Assembly (NCBI GenBank): GCA_026395685.1
Contig: JAPLYG010000016.1
Coordinates: 1,035 to 65,034, forward strand
Length of the DNA: 64,000 nucleotides
Direction: 5' to 3'
Origin: Candidatus Parcubacteria bacterium
Lineage (GTDB): Bacteria > Patescibacteriota > Patescibacteriia > CAIXNZ01
Positions 10,037-19,288 of this stretch are shown here, piece after piece. The first letter of the stretch is position 1; every line of letters begins with the position of its first letter. The position numbers were made by a program, and so were the translations under genes. The notes beneath the pieces were generated by a model. That model did not search any database and was not told where the DNA came from. It worked only from the letters and a program-made list of their open reading frames with translations.

Positions 10037-10108
10037 TGGGGAGTCGCCAAGTGGTAAGGCACCGCCCTTTGGAGGCGGCATTCATAGGTTCGAATCCTAT
10101 CTCCCCAG
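10037..10108 (+). tRNA. tRNA-Gln (anticodon TTG)
   Basis: Cloverleaf folded by hand; near-identical architecture to E. coli tRNA-Gln (UGGGG...CCCCAG), anticodon loop CTTTGGA. Confidence 0.85.
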
Positions 10109-10205
10109 CCTTCGTTCGCCGTAGCCCTGCTCCGCAGGGCGAAGGCGAACCTTCGCTTCAAAGTTTTGCCGGTACTACGGCGAACTTCGGCTGGTTTAGA
10201 CCAGC
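10106..10205. repeat. Copy A of ~100-nt GC-rich structured repeat (20-bp inverted arms CCAGCCTTCGTTCGCCGTAG / CTACGGCGAACTTCGGCTGG plus internal hairpins), overlapping tRNA-Gln 3' end
   Basis: Direct comparison with copy B at 11183-11285 (~95% identical). Confidence 0.7.
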
Positions 10206-10260
10206 TATATGTGGATATAACTTTCGACAGGCTTCGGCTGGCTCGGGCCAGCTAAATTAT

Positions 10261-10500
10261 ATGAAAATAGTTTATATAATTCAAAGTCAAAAAGACTTCA
10301 GTACTTATATCGGTGTTACTTCTGACTTAGAGGATCGTTTAAAACGCCATAACCATGGCGAAGTTTATACAACTAAAACAAGGATACCGTGGAAAATAAT
10401 TTGCTATTTTACTTTTACTTATAATCAGACCACTTACGATTTTGAGAGGTATTTAAAAACAGGAAGTGGTAGAGCTTTTCTTAATAAACATTTGTTATAA
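10261..10500 (+). CDS. Small GIY-YIG nuclease-domain protein (UPF0213/YazA-like)
   Basis: 'IVYIIQSQKDFSTYIGVTSDLEDRLKRHNHG' matches GIY-YIG signature; the longer track ORF 10036-10500 reads through the tRNA and is spurious. Confidence 0.65.
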   Translation: MKIVYIIQSQKDFSTYIGVTSDLEDRLKRHNHGEVYTTKTRIPWKIICYFTFTYNQTTYDFERYLKTGSGRAFLNKHLL

Positions 10501-10576
10501 TCAATCCACAGGACGTACTCTTAAGCGCACATCTGCTTTATTAATTATCTAAGATTAGTAAATCACTTTTTAAGAA

Positions 10577-10601
10577 AAAGGTTCGATTCCTTCCTGGCCT
10601 T
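10577..10601 (+). other. tRNA 3'-end-like fragment (T-arm AAGG-TTCGATT-CCTT + acceptor-like CCTGGCC) without 5' half
   Basis: GGTTCGATTCC T-loop consensus with no matching 5' acceptor strand upstream. Confidence 0.3.
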
Positions 10602-10638
10602 TCTCTAGACAAATTAATTAAATTAATTCAATAAAACC

Positions 10639-11073
10639 ATGGAATTCTTTATGAGTTTTGAAGAAGATGGCACGAAACCAGAGGATAAATGTGGGGAAAA
10701 GGCTCGAGAAGCAAGGATTGCAGTTGAGCCAAAGATTATAGATCTTGTAAAAAATCGAACATACAGCTCAATTATTCATAGAATTGCTATTATACCTGTA
10801 ATATATAGTCAAGAACTTTTAATAAAATTTCCTGCTCCTGAAAGAAAATACATTTCACATAAAAATGGTTTTGCTGATTTTCGTTTGTACGTTGACTATG
10901 AAAAATTTATTAATACCTCAGATGATGGCAGAGTTAAGCTTTTGTTAAAAAATATAATTGATTCAATAAGAATAATTTCAGCACGTCTTAAGAAAGATAT
11001 TAAGGGTGAAGAACTCGAAAATGATATTTTATCTCTATTTAATTATAATTACGAACAACTAAATGCTGTCTAA
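10639..11073 (+). CDS. Hypothetical protein (144 aa) inside repeat-bounded module
   Basis: ORF with upstream AT-rich region; no recognisable motifs. Confidence 0.4.
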   Translation: MEFFMSFEEDGTKPEDKCGEKAREARIAVEPKIIDLVKNRTYSSIIHRIAIIPVIYSQELLIKFPAPERKYISHKNGFADFRLYVDYEKFINTSDDGRVKLLLKNIIDSIRIISARLKKDIKGEELENDILSLFNYNYEQLNAV

Positions 11074-11182
11074 ATTGAAACCGATTTTTATTTTCGGTGG
11101 CAAAATATGAGCTTTTAAATACGAGGATGCGGAAATGTCGTGAGGAATCACTGAAAAAAGTTCTAACAACGTCCATCCTGGG

Positions 11183-11285
11183 CAGCCTTCGTTCGCCGTA
11201 GCCCTGCTCCGCAGGGTGAAGGCGAACCTTCGCTTAAAAATTTTGCCGGTACTACGGCGAACTTCGGCTGGCTTTGGCCAGCCAT
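11183..11285. repeat. Copy B of the ~100-nt structured repeat
   Basis: See copy A; ends with GGCTGGCTTTGGCCAGCC hairpin. Confidence 0.7.
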
Positions 11286-11463
11286 AATTTTAAGCTCTGC
11301 TTGGTGTAAAAAGTCGTCCTCGTTTTGAGGGCGATTTTTTAAAACAAAAAAACACCCGTTTTGATGGTGTTTATTTTTATATAAACAGTAATAGTTAATA
11401 ATCCCTCGGTAAACAGTGGGGGGTGGTTAAATGATATAAATCATTTGCCCCCACAAAAATAAA

Positions 11464-11649
11464 TTATTTAGATTTTGGGTCATAATCTTCAGCAGCATCC
11501 CAAGCCTTAGATAAACCGCTGACAATATTGGTTATTTCCGAATCTATGGAATTTTTAATGTCATGATTCCGTCCCTTAAAAAAAGATTCTAAAATAGCTT
11601 TAAGATATGCCGCCTGAAATTCGCCCTTGTTTTCAAAGCCTAATTTCAT
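11464..11649 (-). CDS. Small hypothetical protein (61 aa)
   Basis: Short ORF followed by hairpin GTGGGGG...CCCCCAC on minus strand. Confidence 0.25.
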   Translation of the reverse strand: MKLGFENKGEFQAAYLKAILESFFKGRNHDIKNSIDSEITNIVSGLSKAWDAAEDYDPKSK

Positions 11650-11903
11650 AGTTTATTCAATTGTTAAATTACCTTAATTAAGTCGACAAATTCTTAATCT
11701 GGTCATTAATTAATACAAACATTATACTTCATTTGAATAATCTTGGCAAGTATCAGGAAAAATAGAGAGTAAAAAGACCCGAAATCCCCAAAAAACAAAT
11801 AAAAACTCCTATTTCTACAATTGACATCCTTGAGCAAAGATGCTAATTTAATTAAAACCGTGACTGAGGGACTTATGTACATTAAATCTTAAGGAGGAGA
11901 AAA

Positions 11904-12458
11904 ATGATCAGCAAGTACAGAATGGAAATCGTATTTTGCATTACCAGCATGATTATTTGGGGAGTATGCAGTATGCTCATTACCGCTGGCAACTTTCACT
12001 ATGCTCTCTCAATGGAAGAAATAAAAGCGCAGAGTGAACTTTTTTGGACTGCCGATAAGTATTGGCACTATATCGGGTATAAAATTGCGGCTTTATATGC
12101 GCTCTTTGGAGGCTGTCTAGGCATCTTTTTAGCGCAATATTATCAAAGCCTGCCAGAAAAGGAAAAACATAGTATTCCGCTATCTGAGCTTAGGCGCAAA
12201 TATTATGGTTTAAAGCATTACATTCCCAGAACCATAGCGGCAAAAAATACTGCTGTAACAGGATTTGCAATCGGGCTAACATTCCTAACGTTTGCTGCAA
12301 TATATATTTTGCCAACTCTGCAAAATGAATTGATATTAGCCAACGAAACGCATATCCGCATAATTATGGGCATAATTGTCGCCTTTGTTATGTCCGGAGC
12401 ACCGGTGTATATTTCCCTGGCATTTTTAAAGAAAAATAGGGATGATGAAGATGTATAA
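11904..12458 (+). CDS. Hypothetical multi-pass membrane protein
   Basis: Strong SD AAGGAGG 8 nt upstream of ATG; TTGACA/TAATTT promoter ~80 bp upstream; 4-5 hydrophobic helices. Confidence 0.5.
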   Translation: MISKYRMEIVFCITSMIIWGVCSMLITAGNFHYALSMEEIKAQSELFWTADKYWHYIGYKIAALYALFGGCLGIFLAQYYQSLPEKEKHSIPLSELRRKYYGLKHYIPRTIAAKNTAVTGFAIGLTFLTFAAIYILPTLQNELILANETHIRIIMGIIVAFVMSGAPVYISLAFLKKNRDDEDV

Positions 12459-12510
12459 TACCAAAAGCCCCCGCACTGTTCGGCATGGGGGCTTTTATAT
12501 TATATTAATT

Positions 12511-13422
12511 TTACACTTTTACATAACGCTTAACCGCAATGTAACTGCTGATCAAGTTCAGTAAAATGGCGCCTAATAGTTCCAAGCCGAAAATCAAAAG
12601 AAAATTCTGATTGAAATATTTTACAATATTGAAATCACCTTCCAGAATAAGCTGTAAATATGGCCGGATAAAACCCAGCAAAGGATAAAGTATTAACAAA
12701 GTAATGACCATGGACATGATGCCGAAAATAACACCCTGAAGCAAAAACGGACCTTCCACAAACCAGTCAGTCGCGCCAATCAGTTTCATGGCAAAAATTT
12801 CCTCACGATGAGTATAGATAGCCATTCTGATGGCATTGAATATGATTAGAATTGAGATCAACGCAAAAACAAGGGCAATAATAATCACCGACCGCCCCAC
12901 CTTCTGGGTAATGCCGTTAATTTTCTCTATTACTGTCTTATGATCGTCAAAATCCTTGCTCTCAATCAAATTGTTGTATTGCGGAGTCTGCAAAATATCT
13001 AAGACTGCGGGGTAATCGCTAGAATTTTTTGCCTTAATTATTAAGCTGGCACCCAAAGGATTTTTCTCAATCTCCTCAACGGACTGGATAATCTTAGGAT
13101 TATCCTGATGTTTATTTTTAAAATTTTCCAGAGCCTGCTCTTTGGAAATATAATCAACGCTTTTAACCTGGGCCAGCCCCTGAATATATTTTTGTACATT
13201 CATCACCTGATCTTCTGATATTTCAGATTTAAAATATATACTGATATCAACCTTATCTTCAATCGTATTAATTGCTGTTTTAGCCACAACATTAAAAATG
13301 ACCAATAAATTAACAGTAACAAGCGCCAAAACTAAAATTGTCAAAGTCACTAAAGACAGCCAAAAATTACGGAAAAAATCCTGCAGAGCAAATTTTGTTA
13401 CCCTAAAAGTGCTGGCAAACAT
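12511..13422 (-). CDS. ftsX: Cell-division ABC permease FtsX
   Basis: ~300 aa, N-terminal TM, extracellular domain, C-terminal FtsX 3-TM bundle; adjacent to FtsE. Confidence 0.7.
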   Translation of the reverse strand: MFASTFRVTKFALQDFFRNFWLSLVTLTILVLALVTVNLLVIFNVVAKTAINTIEDKVDISIYFKSEISEDQVMNVQKYIQGLAQVKSVDYISKEQALENFKNKHQDNPKIIQSVEEIEKNPLGASLIIKAKNSSDYPAVLDILQTPQYNNLIESKDFDDHKTVIEKINGITQKVGRSVIIIALVFALISILIIFNAIRMAIYTHREEIFAMKLIGATDWFVEGPFLLQGVIFGIMSMVITLLILYPLLGFIRPYLQLILEGDFNIVKYFNQNFLLIFGLELLGAILLNLISSYIAVKRYVKV

Positions 13423-13448
13423 TATGATTAAAAATTATCAAATAAAAA

Positions 13449-14129
13449 TTAAAGAATATATTTCCCTTCTTCCTGATCACTTATAATTTCCCCGTGATCC
13501 ATCAGCACTACCCTCTTTTTAATGCGGTTAACTACATCCTTATTATGCGTAACCAGCATAATTGTTGTGCCGAATTCATTTATTTTTAAAAGCAAATCAA
13601 TAATATCCTTGGTGTTTAAACTGTCCAGATTACCAGTCGGCTCATCAGCCAATAATATTTTCGGGCGATGGACTAAAGCTCTGGCAATCGCTGCTCTCTG
13701 GATTTCACCTCCTGAAATCTGATCGGGATAATGGCCGGCTTTTTCTTTTAAGCCTACAATTTTTAAAACCTGCGGAACCACTGAGTTTATTCTTTTATTG
13801 GGAACCCCGCATACTTCTAAGGCAAAAGCTACATTTTCATAAATATTTTTACTGGGTAAAAGCTTAAAATCCTGATAAACAACGCCGATCTGACGTCTTA
13901 ATAAAGGAATTTCCTTCGCTTTAATGTCAGTAATATCCCATCCACCCACAATTATCTGGCCGGAATTTGGCTTCAGCTGGGAAGTTAAAAGCTTGATCAA
14001 GGTACTTTTCCCGGCGCCGCTTTGTCCCACAATTGAAACAAACTCTTTCGGGCGAATGGACAAATTAATATCCTTGACCGCTACTGTTTTGGGATAAAAT
14101 ATTTTACTAATTTTTTTAAATTGAATCAT
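13449..14129 (-). CDS. ftsE: Cell-division ABC ATPase FtsE
   Basis: 'GQSGAGKSTL', 'ISGGEIQRAAIARAL', '[11 protein letters not shown]', 226 aa. Confidence 0.8.
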   Translation of the reverse strand: MIQFKKISKIFYPKTVAVKDINLSIRPKEFVSIVGQSGAGKSTLIKLLTSQLKPNSGQIIVGGWDITDIKAKEIPLLRRQIGVVYQDFKLLPSKNIYENVAFALEVCGVPNKRINSVVPQVLKIVGLKEKAGHYPDQISGGEIQRAAIARALVHRPKILLADEPTGNLDSLNTKDIIDLLLKINEFGTTIMLVTHNKDVVNRIKKRVVLMDHGEIISDQEEGKYIL

Positions 14130-14175
14130 GGGACTTAACCACTAATATTTATTTACAAATTAACACGAATATTGA

Positions 14176-15093
14176 TTATTTAAGGGCGGCGGTAACCGGT
14201 TCAGCAAGTTCAACTTTAACCTTGCATAAACCAGCAGACTTTTTGGCTATCTGTTTAAAAGCGACTACGTCTAAATCGATTACTCGATTGGGATGGACAC
14301 TGCGATCAGGCCCCCAGTCATTAACTTTAACAATAATTGATTTGCCGTTATCAACATTCGTAACTTTTAATTTTGTGCCTTTGGGATAATCGGGCGAAGC
14401 TGCACAATTACAGCTTTTATACTTATACCAGGAAGCAACGCCTTCGGACATAATATTCAAATCATCCAATATTGCTACCTTTGCATATTTGAAATTTGTT
14501 TTGGAAACAATTTTACTCAATCCGTTATTAACTAAAGATTCAATTCCTATCCACTGCAATTTCTGTTCATCGAAATAATACATGGTCTTACGGAAATAAT
14601 CGTTTTCCAAATATCTGACTGAAAACCAAAACGGCTGGGCAAAGGTAACTTCCTGCGCAGTAACCAAATTAAATTCATAAATACGACTGGCAAACTGAAA
14701 ACCTTCCGGAGCTGCCATTATACTTTGCGGACCAAGCGCCAATTCCTTCATTTCCAATGAAGCATCTGAAGCAAAAGTTTCTTTATCTATTTGAAAAATA
14801 AACTGGTTATTGAATGCTTTGAATTTTTTACCTTTTGCCACTTCGTCTTTTTTAAAATCAAACCTTGTAGTATTTAAAACAACAATACCCAAATCCACAG
14901 CCTGAGCCAGTGCCGGAACGCCAATCACCGGGGCTGAATTATTTTCAATTACCGGGTTGCTTGATTCTGTTTGGAACTGGATATTACTTAAATCTGGCTG
15001 GGGGTCAACTGTAAAAACTTCTTGGGCTGAGGCTGGCTTGATAAAAACCAGACTTAATGATAGAATTAATAAAAATATGAGATTTTTTTTCAT
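14176..15093 (-). CDS. Secreted protein with C-terminal RlpA-like double-psi beta-barrel (DPBB) domain
   Basis: Signal peptide; C-terminal 'ASWYKYKSCNCAASPDYPKGTKLKVTNVDNGKSIIVKVNDWGPD...VIDLDVVAF' matches RlpA/3D domain pattern. Confidence 0.6.
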   Translation of the reverse strand: MKKNLIFLLILSLSLVFIKPASAQEVFTVDPQPDLSNIQFQTESSNPVIENNSAPVIGVPALAQAVDLGIVVLNTTRFDFKKDEVAKGKKFKAFNNQFIFQIDKETFASDASLEMKELALGPQSIMAAPEGFQFASRIYEFNLVTAQEVTFAQPFWFSVRYLENDYFRKTMYYFDEQKLQWIGIESLVNNGLSKIVSKTNFKYAKVAILDDLNIMSEGVASWYKYKSCNCAASPDYPKGTKLKVTNVDNGKSIIVKVNDWGPDRSVHPNRVIDLDVVAFKQIAKKSAGLCKVKVELAEPVTAALK

Positions 15094-15149
15094 AATATTT
15101 TATTTTTTATAACATAGTTATATCATGGATTACCTAAACTTCTAACTGG

Positions 15150-15220
15150 GCGGGATTAGTACAGTGGTAGTATATGACCTTCCCAAGGTCGAGACGGGGG
15201 TTCGATTCCCCTATCCCGCT
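15150..15220 (+). tRNA. tRNA-Gly (anticodon CCC)
   Basis: Hand-folded cloverleaf, acceptor GCGGGAT/ATCCCGC, anticodon loop TTCCCAA. Confidence 0.8.
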
Positions 15221-15226
15221 TAAAGT

Positions 15227-15299
15227 GCCCCTTTAGCTCAGTTGGTAGAGCGACGGTATCGTAAACCGTAGGTCGCCGGTTCAATCCCGGCAGGGGGCT
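15227..15299 (+). tRNA. tRNA-Thr (anticodon CGT)
   Basis: GCCCCTT-TA-GCTCAGTTGGTAGAGC..., anticodon loop ATCGTAA, T-loop TTCAATC. Confidence 0.85.
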
Positions 15300-15372
15300 A
15301 TATTTTTATGGGTTTTCCACAGAGTGGAATTCCCTTCTCAGATTACAAAAATTTTATCTTCTTAATTCAAAA

Positions 15373-15759
15373 CTAATTAAAGAAGTACGCCCACCATTTT
15401 TCCGGGTTACTTTTATTTTCCTCTACTACCTTATTTTCTTCACTTGCTAAAATCTCACTATTGGGTATTATTACCAGGTTCTCATTTTCTTTTTTTAAAC
15501 CCAATTTCAATTTAGCTTCCTGTTCAATAAAAGTATCTGTTTTCAAATACTTCACCAATTCCTCAAAATCCCGATTTTGTTTATTTAAATGCGCTATCTC
15601 GTCCTGAAGCAGTACAATGTCGGAATCAATCCGATAATTCCTGACTGATCCTTTGGCTAAACCGCCCAAAATAAATAAAAAAAGAAACAAACAAAAAACC
15701 AGAAAAAATTTTGAAAAAATCAAATCCGGAAAAATTTTCTTGTTTCTCCTTATTAGCAT
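15373..15759 (-). CDS. FtsB/DivIC-like septum-formation initiator
   Basis: Single N-terminal TM, coiled coil, 'IEQEAKLKLGLKKENENLVII' resembles DivIC/FtsB C-terminal motif. Confidence 0.5.
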   Translation of the reverse strand: MLIRRNKKIFPDLIFSKFFLVFCLFLFLFILGGLAKGSVRNYRIDSDIVLLQDEIAHLNKQNRDFEELVKYLKTDTFIEQEAKLKLGLKKENENLVIIPNSEILASEENKVVEENKSNPEKWWAYFFN

Positions 15760-15787
15760 AAAATTATTATATCACAAAATAAGGCTT

Positions 15788-16552
15788 CTATAAACTTTTT
15801 TTCTTAAAATTAGCTCCCATATCGTCATTTTCTTCATTTTTAGAACTATTATCATTATTCTCTTCTGCTTTTTCCAGCTCATCAACCAGCAACTTCTTAA
15901 GGCTTAATTCGCCGAAATTCTCCTTATATTCTGCTAACAATTCATCTAATTTATAATCCTCATACTCAGCCAGCTTGTCCTGATCTAAAAATTCTGACGT
16001 GATTTTATCTTTGCCTTTTTCACCTAAGCTTACTACCTTTTTAACATCAAGCTTCTTCCCTGTTTCTTCATTGATTAAGTCAGCCAAAACCTGATTGACT
16101 TTAGCCGGAAAGGCAATGTTGCCTAACTTTAGAATAGCAGCTTTCGCTTGAATTTTTATATCCCCCAAATGAAAAACAGACTGCATAACACCGCTAACTG
16201 AATATGAAATATCTAAAATTTTATCATAGCTTAAATCAGAGACAATTTTGTGAAAAAACCCCTTTCTATCGACATCAACCAACCTTTTACTAGTTATGAC
16301 GCAAGCATTTGCAAACCAGATATAAAATTCCCGAACTCCATAAAAAAATCCAGTCAATAAAATTGCGCAGAACAAAGCAACTCCAAGCTCACCAAGGCTA
16401 AAGAGCGGAAACATAAAAAAGAAAGCGCCTAAAATTAAAACCGTAGTAACAGCAATTTGCTTAGCATAAGTTATTGGATGATGATGTAACACCGCAATCA
16501 ATTCTTCATTAGCCTGCAAATTTATCTGTTTGGCAAAATATTTGTCTGACAT
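15788..16552 (-). CDS. Membrane protein with bacterial PH (YdbT/DUF304-like) domain
   Basis: Two TM helices flanking a PH-like region; acidic C-terminal tail. Confidence 0.4.
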   Translation of the reverse strand: MSDKYFAKQINLQANEELIAVLHHHPITYAKQIAVTTVLILGAFFFMFPLFSLGELGVALFCAILLTGFFYGVREFYIWFANACVITSKRLVDVDRKGFFHKIVSDLSYDKILDISYSVSGVMQSVFHLGDIKIQAKAAILKLGNIAFPAKVNQVLADLINEETGKKLDVKKVVSLGEKGKDKITSEFLDQDKLAEYEDYKLDELLAEYKENFGELSLKKLLVDELEKAEENNDNSSKNEENDDMGANFKKKSL

Positions 16553-16617
16553 GCTATTGGTAATTAGGAAGTTAGTAATTAGTAATTGGTTGTATAGTTG
16601 TTCAATTGTTAATTTGT

Positions 16618-17778
16618 TCAGTTGTTAATTTCAATAATTTCACAATTCCCCATCGCCTTATCCAATAATTCCTCAAACTTCCAATCTTTTTCAGTATCCA
16701 GAATTAAATTCAAATCAGAGCGGGTAACCGGATGTTGCGGGACATAGAGAGAACAACAATCAGCAAAAGGCTGACTGGAGAGCTCATATGTGCCGATTTG
16801 CCTGGCAATGGTTACTATTTCTTCTTTATTAAAGCCAATCAATGGCCTCAGAATCGGCAAATCAATTGCTTCAGAAATCGCGTGAATATTTTCAACGGTC
16901 TGTGAGGCAACCTGGCCCAGACTGTCTCCGGTAACCAGAGCTAAGACATTTTCCTTTTGGGCAATCAGACTGGCTATTCGCAGCATCATGCGGCGATAAA
17001 AAATTACACGATAAGCTGGCGGTACTTTATTTATTATTTCCTGTTGAATTTTTAAAAAAGGCACAAGATACAAACGACAACCATGCTGATATTCAGCCAA
17101 TACTTTAACCAAGTCCTTTACTTTCTCCTGATTTTCCTTGGGTGTCGCGGGATAAGAATCAAAATTAATAAAGATTATTTTCGCGCCCCGTTTTTGCATC
17201 AAATTAGCTGCCACCGGAGAATCAATGCCGCCAGAGATCAGGCATAACAATTTGTCTGAGACGCCGATCGGCAAACCGCCGCGGCAGATTATTTTATCGA
17301 AATAAATAAAGACAAAATTATTAACTATATCAATACGGCAATTCAAATCAGGCTTATGCAAATCAACTTTCTTTTTCATTGTTTCCAAGACCAATTCGCC
17401 TAACTTCGCACTGACCTGCTGTGAAGTCAAAGCAAAATTCTTATTGGCACGTCGAGTGGTAATACGAAATGTTTTAAATTTTTTATCCTTAAGTAAGGAC
17501 AAAAGATCCTGGCTAAGCTGATCTAAATCTAAAGCAGAATTCCAGGCCATAGCAAAATATTCAATGCCAAAAACCTTTAACAACTTTTCTGTAACCTTAT
17601 CTAAATCCCAGTTTTCCTCAATCAAGACAATAAAACGTCCATGCAAATCAAAAAGTGAAATTTTACCAAACTCCTTAAGCGCAAATTTGATATTATCAGC
17701 TAATTTTTTCTCAAAAAACTGCCTATTTCTCCCCTTCAAGGCAATTTCCCCATAGTGAATAATTATATACCGTAGCAT
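16618..17778 (-). CDS. thiI: tRNA 4-thiouridine synthase ThiI (THUMP + PP-loop)
   Basis: PP-loop 'SGGIDSPVAA'; THUMP-like N-terminus; 386 aa. Confidence 0.8.
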   Translation of the reverse strand: MLRYIIIHYGEIALKGRNRQFFEKKLADNIKFALKEFGKISLFDLHGRFIVLIEENWDLDKVTEKLLKVFGIEYFAMAWNSALDLDQLSQDLLSLLKDKKFKTFRITTRRANKNFALTSQQVSAKLGELVLETMKKKVDLHKPDLNCRIDIVNNFVFIYFDKIICRGGLPIGVSDKLLCLISGGIDSPVAANLMQKRGAKIIFINFDSYPATPKENQEKVKDLVKVLAEYQHGCRLYLVPFLKIQQEIINKVPPAYRVIFYRRMMLRIASLIAQKENVLALVTGDSLGQVASQTVENIHAISEAIDLPILRPLIGFNKEEIVTIARQIGTYELSSQPFADCCSLYVPQHPVTRSDLNLILDTEKDWKFEELLDKAMGNCEIIEINN

Positions 17779-17911
17779 AACTTAAATCATATATCTTAGA
17801 TCTTAAATCATATAATCATTTTAGCAAATTTTAGCCTTTTCGCCAAGAGCTTTTACACAAAAAATCGCCAGACTTTTTATCCTAACGATTTTTAGCTAAA
17901 AAGCTACTAAA

Positions 17912-19234
17912 TTATGATGTTAGTAATTCGCGTAAAACCTCTTTAGTTGCCAATCTGTCATCCCAGGGAGTAACAACGCCATTACTTTTAATGCTCTGCT
18001 CTGTTCCCTTGCCGGTAATTAAAACTAAATCCCCGGGCTGGGCTATTTCACAGGCGTACTTAATCGCTTCCCTGCGATCTGTTATTTTAAATAAAGTCTG
18101 ATTTTCAATTTTTCCTTTTTCGATTGCCCCGGCTGCAATTTCATTTAAAATTTTATCAGTCGTCTCATCATAAGAATCCTCATCAGTCAATATGGTAATA
18201 TCAGCCTCCTCGCCCGAAATCCTGCCCAAAGTCGGACGTTTCGCATGATCACGCACTCCTCCGGCTGAACCAAAAACATGAATAATACGATTTTTAGGAA
18301 ACAGTTTAATAGTATTAAACAAATTGGCAAAAGATACAGGATCATGAGCATAATCAACCAAGACAGAAAAATTCTGGCCTTCAGCAATCGATTCCATGCG
18401 GCCGGGCACACCACTCACCTTGGCTAAAGCTTGCTTACACTGATTTAAATTTAAACCAAATTGCAAGCCGACACAAATTGCGGCCAAACAGTTGTAAACG
18501 TTAAATCTACCAATCATTTTTGTTTTAAAATCTTCAGTACCAACCCGGAAGAAAGTACCATTCACCTGGAGATTTATATCACCAGCCAAAACCGCCTGAG
18601 CATCCGGAAGTTTACTGACAAAGCTTATACCATAGCCATACTTCTTATCAGCGCTAAAATTAAAATAATACTGCCAATGCTGGTCATCTAAATTTACCAC
18701 CAAAGTTTTGGGGATTTCCTTACCGTCGATTTTCTTTCTGGGAAATTTTGCTAAGCTGCTAAAAAGCTGGCCTTTGGCTTTTTTATAATTTTCAAACGAA
18801 CCATGAGCTTCAATGTGTTCCGGAGTTAAATTTGTAAAAACAGCAACATCATAATTTATCCCCCAATTGCGATTTTGCATTATGCCTTCAGAAGATGTTT
18901 CCACAACCGCATATTTACAACCGGCTGTCACCATCTCTCTTAGCATCTTTTGCAAAGCCAACCGGCCCTGCATAGTTTTATGAGTAGCGTTTATCCATTC
19001 CTTATCAGCAATTTTAAAATTCACGGTCGTCATTAAGCCGACTTTAGCGCCAGTTTCTTCCAAAACATTGGCAATCAGATTACTCGTCGTTGATTTACCA
19101 TTAGTGCCGGTAACACCGATGACAATCAATTTATTAGATGGAAAGCCATATCTGTAATTAGCCAAAACAGCCCAGCATTTATGATACGCTAAAAGCCAAT
19201 TTTTAGGGATTAATTTTCTTATTAAAGTTTTCAT
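17912..19234 (-). CDS. Mur ligase family protein (MurE-like)
   Basis: 'IGVTGTNGKSTT' P-loop and 'VDYAHDP' motif typical of MurE. Confidence 0.65.
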   Translation of the reverse strand: MKTLIRKLIPKNWLLAYHKCWAVLANYRYGFPSNKLIVIGVTGTNGKSTTSNLIANVLEETGAKVGLMTTVNFKIADKEWINATHKTMQGRLALQKMLREMVTAGCKYAVVETSSEGIMQNRNWGINYDVAVFTNLTPEHIEAHGSFENYKKAKGQLFSSLAKFPRKKIDGKEIPKTLVVNLDDQHWQYYFNFSADKKYGYGISFVSKLPDAQAVLAGDINLQVNGTFFRVGTEDFKTKMIGRFNVYNCLAAICVGLQFGLNLNQCKQALAKVSGVPGRMESIAEGQNFSVLVDYAHDPVSFANLFNTIKLFPKNRIIHVFGSAGGVRDHAKRPTLGRISGEEADITILTDEDSYDETTDKILNEIAAGAIEKGKIENQTLFKITDRREAIKYACEIAQPGDLVLITGKGTEQSIKSNGVVTPWDDRLATKEVLRELLTS

Positions 19235-19288
19235 TGTAATGTTTATTATTACTAAGTAATAGCTATCTTAGCATAAATAGCCCCAAAA

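Noticed and set aside
10036-10500. 154-aa ORF starting inside tRNA-Gln
   Set aside because: It reads through the tRNA and the GC-rich repeat; only its last 79 codons (from ATG 10261) form a recognisable GIY-YIG protein.
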